This document shows, in pieces, positions 25,984-39,013 of a stretch of DNA of 64,000 nucleotides. The stretch is taken from the NCBI RefSeq assembly GCF_006345805.1, contig NC_043004.1:21886001-21950000 (forward strand), in the 5' to 3' direction. Under the pieces are notes generated by a model. The model saw nothing but the letters and a program-made list of their open reading frames with translations, was not told the origin of the DNA and ran no database searches. Both the position numbers and the translations under genes were made by a program. The first letter of the stretch is position 1. Each line of letters starts with the position of its first letter. The DNA comes from Octopus sinensis (taxonomy: Eukaryota).

Positions 25984-26948
25984 TAATCAATATAGGGTGG
26001 CAAAAAAATTTTGTAGAATTTTTTTGCCACCAGCGGCCTAGTGGGAAAAAATTAAACAGTCATAGACCATTTTAAAGTTCAACATCAACAATCAAGGAAC
26101 GGCCATAATAGGCCATTCACCCACTAGAAATAACAGCCAAAGCTTCAACCGCAAATAAAAGTCAATCCGTAAACAGGAGAAAATTTAAAAAACATTTACC
26201 CTGTAATTTCTTATACGATGCACCGTTTCGTCTGCTGTTTAATGGTAAACTAACCTGATTAAATTAAATCAAGCCAATCTTCCATAGGCCCTCAGATTCT
26301 TCAGTAAGAAATAGCCACAAGTCGGAACAGATATTTTCACGAGGCATTTCCGACCCTGCCAAGTTAATATCTGACCTAAAATTTTCAAATCATCGCACTC
26401 GCGCCAAATTTATCGGCAGCAAATAAATATAAGCCGTCGATTCCATTACGGAATTAACCAGAAAATTCATAATTAATCAATATAGGGTGGCAAAAAAATT
26501 TTGTAGAATTTTTTTGCCACCAGCGGCCTAGTGGGAAAAAATTAAATAGTCATAGACCATTTTTAAGTTTTATTTGCGGTTGAAGCTTTGGCTGTTATTT
26601 CTAGTGGGTGAATGGCCTATTATGGCCGTTCCTTGATTGTTGATATATATATATATATATATACATATTCACACATATATACATACACACATATACATAC
26701 ATATATATATATATATATACATATATACATACATATGCACACACACATATATATATATATACACACATACACATACATACGTATACACACATACACATAC
26801 ATACGTATACATACATACATACATCCATACATCCATACATACATACATTTATACACATACACACACCCACGCGTATACATATACGTACATATATATACGC
26901 GCATGCATACACATACAAATACATACACATACGCATATACATATACAT

Positions 26949-27028
<80 letters not shown>

Positions 27029-27394
27029 CACACACATACATATACATACATACATATACAAATATACGCACACACATATATACATCCTCATATACACATA
27101 CACGCACATACACATGTACATGCGTACCCATACACACACACACACGCGCGCATCCATATATACACATAAGTACACACATGCGTAAAAGTATACATATATC
27201 TATGCTTACACATACACACACACACACGTGCCTCCTTATATTCATACTTACATGCATACTCAAAAAATAAGTAAATAGTAAAATATATATACGCGCAGTT
27301 ATTCATACATGCATACTCAAAAAATAAATAATAAATATTAAGTATATGTACGTGCAGTTACCTATTATATAGACGGATACATACATATAAACTT

Positions 27395-27443
<49 letters not shown>

Positions 27444-27674
27444 TACACACATATATATATATATACATATACATATATACACATATATACACACACACAT
27501 ATACACACACATATATATATATATATACATACTTACACACATGTACAAATACATACACACATAGATAACTCTACGTACCTACATATACATAAACACACGA
27601 GCGTACACGTATATGTACATATACACATACACATACACACGCATATATATACATACATACATACACATACACAC

Positions 27675-27709
<35 letters not shown>

Positions 27710-27829
27710 CATATATATATTATATATATATATACATATACACACACATATACATTTGTGCAAACATACATACATACTCATACACGCACACACACTTACA
27801 TATACATATATACACACACTTACACACAT

Positions 27830-27899
<70 letters not shown>

Positions 27900-30450
27900 A
27901 TTTTAAGTGGGAACGTGGTTATATATATATAATAACTATAATCAAGGGTGCCAGAGAGTATCAGATTTGCCAGAAATAAAAGTGAAATTTACCAAAATGA
28001 ATGAAATCAAGGACCGTATAAAAAGCCAATCTACCATTGCGATGGAAAAGACGCAAATGCATTTGCAGACATACCTATTTCAAACTCTGAGATAATACTC
28101 TTAGTCCTCACCAGTGGGTCTCGCTACCTGGGGTTAATCCAATACCTGTTTCGTCATGCTTGTTAAAATCGTTGAAAGACTAGCACCAAATACAAGCGAT
28201 AGAAGTGTATAATTATACATAAATAAATATATTATTATTAATAAATAATAATAATATAAGTGGCTAGTAATCATATAAACCAATAAGATAAATTTATAAT
28301 TTCATAATTATAATTATAATTAAGGGTACCAGATAGTACTAGCGTTGCTAGAAATAAAAGTAGAAAATACTCAAATAATCCACAATATCACTGAAAATTT
28401 AACAATATGAATGACATTGAGTAGCGAGTAGCCACCCTACGATTGCAGGGGAAAAAGATGCAAATGAATTTGGAGACATACCCATATCACGTAACAAGCG
28501 TGCCGAAGAAGGTATTAGTTTAATCTCAGGCAGCGAGACCCACTGATTAACACTAAGAGTATTATCTCAGAGTTCTAAATTACGTTATATCTGTATATCT
28601 TCAAATTCATTTACGTTTTTACCCCTGCAGTGGTAGGTTTGCTTTTTGCTCGCTCCTCGGTTTCGATCAGCTTCTTCAATTTTCAGTGATATTGTAGCTG
28701 AAGGCAACAACTAACTGACCCTCTCATTACGTCTCACAGGCTAGGAGAAAATTTGCGTGGGATAATGTATTCTCCTGCACATCATATCACAATACAAGTT
28801 GGGGTGTCATACCTATAACGTATTTCATCATATGTCTACAGGTTCAAGATCGATCTCAGACTCAAAAACTATTATTAACTGGTTATAGATTACGCAACTA
28901 GTTATGGCTGAAATACTATTGGGCCCGCTTCCAGAACTTGAATTTCTTGTGAAATATAAAATATTTTCTTTAGGAACACAAAAATTCTTTATCGCTTCTT
29001 TTGATGGAGAGTAATATTTTGAGAAGCAAAAACATTTGAATTGTAATTCTGGTATATGGCATCAGGTTTTTCTAGTTGTTGGGCTAAATATAATTGATGA
29101 AATTGTTTTCAGTATGTAACTGGTGATTTAACCACCAGGAAGGATGAACGCTAAAGAAGAGCTTCAATGAAATTGCACTTCAGAACGTAACGTGCTGCAA
29201 ATACTATTACCGTTTTATCAGTTACCATAAGGATTCTTCCAATCCACTGATGTTCTCTTCTCAATAAATCCACTAAGACACTACCATTTTGGTCACATTT
29301 TTACGCTACATCGTTATTTTTCCCGACACTCTAATGATTCTACCAATGCCCAGCGCATTCTTTTAGATAAGGATATCTAACTTCGGCTCTAGCTTCATAT
29401 TTCGCAGCATCAGTCCGGAGTTTATTTTATCGATTCCAAAAGAGTGAAAACAAAACTCTATGTAAGGAGCGTTTGAACCCGAAGTTAGGAGAGTTGAAAA
29501 AATATAAACAAACATGATATAAAGCACGGTGTTTCGTCGAACACTATCCACTTCTATTATTTGATTGAACAAATTATTGTTATTTTCTTTTATTTTGCAC
29601 CATATTTAGGGCGGATCCTGCCCTCAGCCCAATTAGTGCCACATGAAAAGAAATATTAAATATAAGAGAGATTGATGAGAGTGATCAGTTTGAAAACATC
29701 TATTAACATTTCCATTTCTAATTTATCTGCCAGCTAAGGAGAGAAACAATTTCCACGCCTACCAAAAATTCCTCATTTTTTTCTCTCTGTTGATTTCCTA
29801 GTTACTTTATCGAAAATTCACTCGCCAGTATTTACAATGAATTAATCAATAATCTATATTTATGAACAAAACAAAACTAAACATAAATAAACAAAACAAA
29901 GCAGCAACAATATAAAGAAAATTGATTGCATGTTTACGTCAAAGTTCGAGGAATTCGTTGCAGAAAATAATTTCAAAAAATATGAAAACTATTCAGCTTT
30001 TGACATACGAAACCTTTACAATGGAATTAATCTAAACATTCAGAAGCACAGCGTACAATATCATCAGGTGCAATATGAATCCTGGAGGCGGACGCGCACA
30101 AACACACTCGCACAAAAGTACCAGAAATATGTAAACGCATGCTAAAACTTCTACGAATGTATGTGAAATACATTATTTTACTATGTTATATAGGTGCATG
30201 CAAGACAGAGAGTTAGATGCTAAGATACATATATACATACACTCAGCCCAAAACACCAACACGTACTTGTGTGTGCATACATAGGCATATATACATAAAC
30301 ACATACACACGTTATATATATATATATACACATACTTGCTCCTGCCGAATCATTGCATGCATGTAAAATTGCATGTACCGCATAGAAGTAAGCATGCTTA
30401 TATGTGTGTGCATGTGGGTGGGTGTGTACACACTCATATATAAATGCGTC

Positions 30451-30494
<44 letters not shown>

Positions 30495-30928
30495 ACGCAC
30501 ACTTACACACGCACACATCCATATACATATATACACATGTTTATACATATATATATATATGCACATGATTAAACATCTATATATATTCTTTGCGTGTTGT
30601 GTTCGTATGTGTGCGTGTGTATGTATATATATATATGAGGGTGAGTGTGTGTTTATGCGTGTTTGTGAGACTTTGCGCGTCTCTACAAATGTCCCTTCCC
30701 TCTGTTAAAAATATCTTGAATACGCTGCATATATTTTTATCGACTGCATTCATTCTTGGTTTTGTAGTTTTGCTCATTCTACGATATTTCTACAATCTTT
30801 ATGTAATTGTCTATTCAATGCAATTTTTTTCAATTATATAAAATTGTTTATATCGTAACTGAACGTAATTTTTTCCATCTTCGTTTCTGGTGTTCGTTCA
30901 TATTATATACATTATACATACAAACACA

Positions 30929-31011
<83 letters not shown>

Positions 31012-34000
31012 ATATATATACATATATATATACGTATATACACACATGTATATACACACATATATATATACATACATATTTACATACATATGTAAATACA
31101 TACATATATATCGTCTATCTAAAGAACGATCAAACTATTGAAAGTAAAGAATATATTTACTTATTCTATAACCTATGCTGAAGAGATATGTCTAATTGTA
31201 AACGAGGATGAAGCGGGTTTGGGTACAGACTGGCTGATTACTTTATTAAACCAAACATCTAGCATTGTTTTACATAAATTCATCCCTCCCCCAACGTCTA
31301 GTTCATTTGTAATATTCATTTAAGTTTTGTCATATCAGAAGCTGGGAATATACCAGTATATTAATTGGTGTTACTTATTCGTAAATCATAACGGAATGAA
31401 AGGTAAGCACGATTCGATAAAGCGAAGAGCACTTGATGTAAAGCAATATAACACAATATAGTGAATCACATAGCTTAGGTTTCTAATTGTTTTTCCATAA
31501 TGCTACAAACGACTGATATATTCTGTTAGTATTGTAAACAGATATTGGAGTTTGTTATTTTGGTTTTATTTGATGTTGTGTTTATTAGTTCAGGTCTACT
31601 CCTGTCGAGCAGACGTCCGATTAAATACATTTCAATAGTGAACATTCAGTATAGTTCCCACATGTATGTTTGTATGTATATTTCTATGTGGTCATGTATG
31701 TATGTATATTACATCAGTATATATATATATACATTTATGTTTTTATGTTTGTATCCATATAGTTATATATATATGTTTATTACATCAGTTTCAGCGGTAT
31801 GGTCTTCCAGTTGTCCGATCACCTCAATCACCTGCTCATTGAATTATTATTTCATTGATACTTGTATCCTTAATGTAATTGTCAAGTAGAACAGTCGTGA
31901 TACATTTGTGACAAACAGAATAAGGCTACATTTTTTGGTTACCACCACAGTCTAATCAACGGGTTTCTAAACAATTTCACTATGTTTGGTTCCTTCCGAA
32001 ACTATGGTGAAGGGCACTAGTCAGATGTGATCCGCAGTGGAATCACATTTGAGACCTCATAGTATGAAGAGAATTTCCTAAACACTCAGCCAAACTATAC
32101 ATTTTGTGAACATAAAGTCTAGTTTAGTAGATTACACAGTACCAGATGTTAGTGATAAACTCTTCCTAAGGATCATTGTCTCTAACTATGGTTGTGCCAC
32201 TGAGTGAAAACTGCTATCGTTCACTGTTCTTTGCTGCAATGCAGTTTATAATACGAGGTGGGATGACTCACAAAAGAATAACACATTGTATCAATGCACG
32301 AAATAACAGTCAAATATAAACCACCGCTAACACTTGGAGTATTACTTAATGTTCTGAGATCCACTAATGACACTTACAGCAACAATTTTCAGTGTTGACT
32401 GAATGACGTATTATTGTATATAAAACGATATTCTATAGATATATTTGTAATAAATCACTTTATATAGTCTATAATATCTATAATATAATGAACTCTATTA
32501 GTATGGATTTTTATGGAAAAGTGAAATATTTTGAATATAGTGATATTGATATTAGGATATATGACTAATAATGTGAAAGCTGATCAAAAATAATCAGTAT
32601 ATTTGTTTGTTACGTTTTAAGCTACAAAATATTAATTTAGTTGAAAGATGATTGATAATCCTTTTCATTCGTGTTCTGCGTTTACGGGATTTTATTTGAT
32701 TGGATTCAATAATAAGTGAACGCAGAAATAGTCGGAAATGTAAATAGTTTCGGTCCGGCTCGATAATCAACATAAATTCGATGTTTTTAACGTCATATTA
32801 ATTGGCTCACAAACACGATTTTGTGTTGTTTTATGTTAGTTTTTATGAAAATGTTAATGTATTTAGAAGACGAAGCTACTTTGTTTTATATTGCTTCTGT
32901 CTGGAAACTAAATAATGACAATTCTTTTGTTTTAACAGTTTTCCAACAATTCATTGCATTCGTTTCATTAATTTAACGTCCTGGAACGAAAACGTTTGTT
33001 AGAAATCAATCAAGAATTTCATTAAGGTTTCCGCTCGAATAGCCATTATACATTTTTAGATTTGAAAAATTCCATGAAAAAACGGATAACATTGTAAAGT
33101 TTCTCTTCTCTGTGTAATTAAAATTTGAATAATTTAAGAGGACTTTGATTTCGAAAGACACAGCACATATTCTTTTCATATTGTGCAATAATGCAAGATA
33201 ATATATAAAGCATACTAAATGACATATGAAATAAAATGTGAGAAATACATTAATATTACAATTAATGACATAAACACGTAGCGAAATATTTTAATCATAT
33301 ATCTAATTAACACATTCCCAAATACTTAAGTTTAGATGCAGACTATGAAATTAGATAACCAATCATGTCAACTGACTTTATGGCAGAGTTCAGAAAATCG
33401 ATTGAACCATGGGACATTACATTTAATCTTATAAAACAGAAGTTTCTAAGGTTCTAGGAGGGTTAGAACACATGACAAGAAACTACAGATGTTGCCATTC
33501 ATTTTACCTTGCTTTCTCTACGTACATCTGGGTAACATGCGCCAGTTTTCTGTTCCACTGCAATCTCCAGCCGATTATTTGGTGGGTCGAGTGTCTCTTT
33601 TATACTCGAGGATCAGAGGTCGTACTCAGAACACAACTAACTTAATGATTTTGTCTTTGCCTTGTATTTCGTGTATTGTCTTTTCCATAAACATACGACT
33701 TCATTACAAACATTATATGGAAAGATTTAACGTTACTGTAAAACACATTGTAGTTAGAAAGAACTTAAACAAACAGAAATATGAATTTAGCATATTTCTC
33801 CTTAGACTGCGTAAGTCTGTATTGAGTCTTAACTGTGAAGGCATAAAGGGTGTAACATTGAGCTGGTTCGAATTTAGAACAATAAATATATTGAGTTTTA
33901 ATGTTTAAAGCATTTAACATACAACCAGATTTTACATCACAATCCGGTTCTAATGTATTTCAGCTGAATTCACTCTCTGCCAAATATTTGAACAAGACAA

Positions 34001-35917
34001 CCAGTTTTCTCTCCCCATCAGTTTTATTAATCTAGAAAACATTATGAAACTTTCCATTTCTCCCCCTTTAACTCACTGGACGCTTTATATTTTCGTAAAT
34101 CAGCTTCAAGTTTATTATGTTGCGATATAACATAAATAATTTAGCTATTTAATGCTATATTATAACAATGTTATTTTATCATTACTCTAAAATATATTAA
34201 AACATCTACATTCAACTCATAAATTCTGAGACATATATGGAAAATCGCGATGCCCTGTAACTGATGGAATCGTAATACAAAATATGTTGTGCAGAAAACA
34301 AATGCTCTGGAAATAATACTTATTTTAAATATTCTTTTAAATACTTTATTTATTAAATCGTTTAAAGTTCAATCCCACAATAAACACTGTTTTGAACACT
34401 TCCATACACCTAAAATATTGATAAATAATAGATTTATCTAGCTTTTATCTCGCGCTTCCGATTTATGTCAAATCTCGAAATATTAAGCGAAAATTATTTT
34501 GCAACTCTACACCTAGATGATAATCAAAGTCATTCAAGAGTTTCTGTGATGCTGGCTGTGAAGTAGGTTGCTGACAATATCGTTATATCTGCACAAATTG
34601 CAGTTCAATAGAACTAAAACCTTTCTCTAATGGAAATATTCGGTCATAATTCCTTTAATCCTAAATTGATAATTTTGTGGTTTCACTCTCTGAAATATTT
34701 CCGATATAAATATCAATTTTCATTTCGATTCCAAAGTGTAATTTAGCTATTTAATGCAGTTTACACGTTAGATGCAATACGAACCGTTTAGCATAAATAT
34801 GAGTTCAAATCACTATGCATATATCAGATGATGTGTAACTGCATTTAACTTCCTTGTTTATTCCATTCCAACTATTTAAGTATTGAAACGCAGAAATGTC
34901 TTCGCAAAATTTATCTTTTAAATTTCGTAGGGTTGAAAAGTTTAAGTGAAAGAAGGAGTCAGTTATATATTATATAGCGTGTACGATACGTACACTTTAT
35001 GTACTATATAGCATACAGTATGGCATATAAACGTATGATTCATGTAAAAAATAAGTGTAATCTATGTTGGTATTATTGCACACTGGGCAAATGTAATCAG
35101 ATGCTTTAACAACCTCAACGTGGACAGATTAGAGGAATCAGTGAAGTTTATTTTAGTCCCATTTGAAATAACACCAGATATCATATATCGGTTCATCTCT
35201 TTCCGTTATGAAGCTGTGGGTTTTTGTGTGAAGTCACATCACTAATTGTTAAGTGTGTACCATTTTCTCGATGTTGCCGCTTTCATTCTATCGCTTAGAA
35301 GGGAGGAGGTGGGGGGTCTATGATCAAGGCTCGGAGACTGTTAAGAGAAAGACATCTTCTGGCTGTAAGTGTGGTCAGATGAATGGAAACGAAGTTTACA
35401 CCACTAAAGTGTTCCCCAAATGTCATGCAGCGATTTTGATGAATTTATAAATTCTTTTGGGTTTGATAAGTTGCATCTACCAATTCTGATTCCTACATAG
35501 TTATTGACAGTAACTCTACCGAGGATATATGAAAATAGCGTAGTGGAAAGGAGCGCATAGTAGATTGTTGCAAAGTGAACGTTTATGTTTATGGTTATTG
35601 TTGTTTATTGTAATGATACATGTTAGTGTTTGATAGTCCGGCAGTATATGTGGCAAGGCTATACTTTAGTGTCAAGCTACAATCCATTCAACAGGTGTTC
35701 AATAATTTCCTTGCATCTAATTTAGCTCTGAAGGCTGCGTTTGTTTGAAGGGTCTGGTTAAAAGCAACTGACTATAATAACATCTAGTGTGATTGAATCT
35801 GAAACATCTTTGTAAAACGAAATGCTTAGCTATTCTAGCATACTACATCCATCATTTATAACGAACCGAAGCTAATTAAAATTTTGTTGAATGTTGACTT
35901 ATTTGTGTCACCCAGCA

Positions 35918-36000
<83 letters not shown>

Positions 36001-36038
36001 ATCAGACTACTCAAGTAACTGGTATTATTCGAATAGAA

Positions 36039-36268
36039 GGCGGCGAGCTGGCAGAAACGTTAGCACGGCGGGCGAAATGCTTAGCGGTACTTCGTCTGCG
36101 TTACGTTGTGAGTTCAAATTCCGCCGAGGTCGACTTTGCCTTTCATCTTTTCGGAGTCGATAAATTAAGTACCAGTTACGCACTGGGGTTGATGTAATCG
36201 ACTTAATACCTATTTCTGTCCTTGTTTGTCCCCTCTGTGTTTAGCCCCTTGTGGGTAATAAAGAAATA
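36039..36268 (+). mobile_element. Full-length tailed tRNA-SINE with 15-bp TSD
   Basis: GGTATTATTCGAATA at 36021-36035 and 36269-36283. The head is ggcggcgagctggcagaaacgttagc. Confidence 0.93.
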
Positions 36269-36890
36269 GGTATTATTCGAATAAAATCAGTTTTCCACAA
36301 TAGTTATTTATTAACACTCATAAAGTTGCATCATTTGTCAAACATTTCTTCTCAACAAACATAACGGAAGATTTTATGTTCAATAGCGAAAGTTTTCACG
36401 ATTTATGATGCTATGCGAAACCAGTGAATTTATAATGCTATACTAAACCAGTGAATAAAACAACAGACGAATGAGGGAACCCCAACAGGTAATTCTAAAA
36501 GCTAGAAATATCTGTAAAGGTCTTTTCAATTCAAACCATGTTATATTTCAAAAGTGCGCAGACATAATAGCAAGTGTATAATTATTTCAATAATGTCTAG
36601 AAAGTAGATGTAATAGCCGCAATTGGAATGTCTTTGACCATAGATCTACTCGGAAAGACGGTCAGCTAAATTTCACCGTAACCCCCCAAAATCTAAAATA
36701 TTCAAATAAGGGAATCCCACTGTAAATTATCGAGTAGTGAAGGAACCCCAGCTGTGTTAATACCTAGCCTTAAAGCCAGAGAGTTTTGAACCTGGAAGAA
36801 ATGGAAAGGAATTGAATGTTTTGATGAATCTTAATATCTTTTCCATTTTTTTACCTTTTATCTTTTACTTTTGACTGCGTTCATACTGGT

Positions 36891-37081
36891 ACTTGTACTT
36901 GTGGCGACATCCACCCTGGGCGGGTTGAGTCGGCTTCTTCTAGCATCCTCGAGGCATCTCGAACCATGGCAGCCCACGCACGACTGTCCTGCGCCAGTTC
37001 ACTGCAGATAGCGAGCCAGTCACGGTTCCATCGGGGAAGCCCGACCACCTGCGGACCCGTGAGCACGGAGAAGTCCTCCTT
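36891..37081 (-). mobile_element. 5'-truncated RTE LINE 3' end with (CAAGTA) tail and 12-bp TSD
   Basis: Encodes ELAQDSRAWAAMVRDASRMLEEADSTRPG and ends caagtacaagta. TSD GTTCATACTGGT at 36879-36890 and 37082-37093. Confidence 0.85.
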
Positions 37082-38022
37082 GTTCATACTGGTGCATTGC
37101 CTTGACAGGTTTATTCGAACACAATGAGCAACAATACTTATTTTCTAAAAATCCGGCACTTATTCTATCAGTAACTTTTGTCGAATTGTTAAGTTACAAA
37201 GACAGTAAACAAACCAACACAGGTTGTTAAGTGGCGGTGTGGGACACACACATAGGTATATACGCATATACAACGACGGGCGTCCTCCAGTTTCCGTGTA
37301 TGAAATCTCACAAGGCTTTGGTCGGCCCGTGCTATAGTAGACGTCAGTTGACTTAGATGCTACGCAGTCAGACTGATACCGAAACCATGATACTAGGAAG
37401 ACGCGCACGCGCGCGTGCATACACATATATATGCGTGCGCACGCCCGTGTGTATGTATATCGGTATGCATGTATGAATGTGCTTATGCATGCATATGATA
37501 TGCGTAATTAATTATACCCACAGGCATATCATGTTTTGAAAATAACTGAAGACTAATTAATAAACAATGAAAATTGAGCATCATTTAGTGAGAAGTTATC
37601 TCTTGATTGATGTTAGAATATAGCCTATGTAAATGTGCAGCATTTCATTTTACAACATACGGAAACACACTGATGCAGAATTCACTTACGTATGGATGTA
37701 TATGGGTGTGTGCATATTACGCGTTCTGAAAGCAATCTTGATAATCGTAATTTTATATTTATTTAATTACTTACTTACGAACTAACGGTTGAAGTTAAAG
37801 AGAAATGCGATAGGCACTTTCAATCAATCTGTTTGATTCAATCGGTATGTTTCACCGTTATTTACGCATTCATTTACACTTATATTATATTTAACGACGA
37901 TAAATGTATGTATGTATGTTGTACATTGACGCACACTTACACATTTACAAACACGTGAACCGATTTTCTAATAATCCATGAGAGTACTCTGTCAATAGTT
38001 TACTTATTTAATACATAGTGCC

Positions 38023-38435
38023 TAGGCGGTGAGTTGGCGGAATCGGTAGCACGCTGAGCAAAATGCTTAGCGGTATTTCATCTGCGTTACGTTGTGAGTT
38101 CAAATTCCGCCGAGGTCGACTTTGCCTTTCATCCTTTCGGGATCGATAAATTAAGTACCCAGTTACGCACTGGGGTCGATGTAATCGACTTAATACCTAT
38201 TTCTGTCCTTGTTTGTCCTCTCTGCGTTTAGCCCCTTGTGGGTAGTAAAGAAATAGGTATATCATCTGTCTCTACGTTCTGAGTTCAAATTCCGCCGAGG
38301 TCGATTTTGCCTGTCATCATTTCGAGATCGATGAATTACGTACCAGTTTCGTACTGGAGTTTATCTAATCGACTGGTCCCCCCCCCAAAAAAAATTTCGG
38401 GCCTTGCACCTCGAGTTGAAAAGAATACACAGTGC
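38023..38435 (+). mobile_element. Tandem/chimeric tRNA-SINE (tailed copy followed by a headless copy of the other tail type)
   Basis: Head at 38023, tail ending aaagaaata at about 38255, then ggtatatcatctg...gagttcaaattccgccgagg repeats the body and ends in a different tail. Confidence 0.85.
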
Positions 38436-38819
38436 CTGTGAATGTATTGTTGTGCAAATGAGTAAAATTGTAGCTCGTTACTCATGGCTTTTTCACGCAT
38501 ATCTCTCAGCTACTTCTCGCAGAGGGATTAACAAGAATACCTAGTAAAGTGGCAACAACCAGTCGAAACTAGATACACTTATGTCAGGAAAAAGTAAGTA
38601 AGATCAGCACAGACTGTATAATGGACACCCCAAAAATATAGTAAAGATTATATTTCAAAAATTTAAAGCTGGGTAATTAATTATAAAATACTTTTATATT
38701 ACTGAGAGATATCCACCTTTTGGTAGCCTAGCCGTCATTCTTGAGCCCTCGTTGCTCTCTAATCGATCAAAATAATCAAAAGAGTTCTAATCGGGATCAT
38801 CCACTATGTTACATTATAT

Positions 38820-39013
38820 TGGTTTCAAATTTTGGCACAAGGCTACTAAGTTCGGGGGATGGGGTAAGTCGATTATATCGATCTCAGCTAGTAGTTATTT
38901 TATCGATCTCGAAATTTACGAAAGGTAATGTCAATCTCGGCGGAATTTGGACTCAGAACGTAAAGACGGACGAAATGCCGCTGAGCATTTAACCATTCTA
39001 CCAACTCACCGCC
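38820..39013 (-). mobile_element. tRNA-SINE with alternative tail (tgtgccaaaatttgaaa)
   Basis: Body homologous to the other copies. Similar copies lie at 56630-56842 (-) and 56890-57020 (+, partial). Confidence 0.75.
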
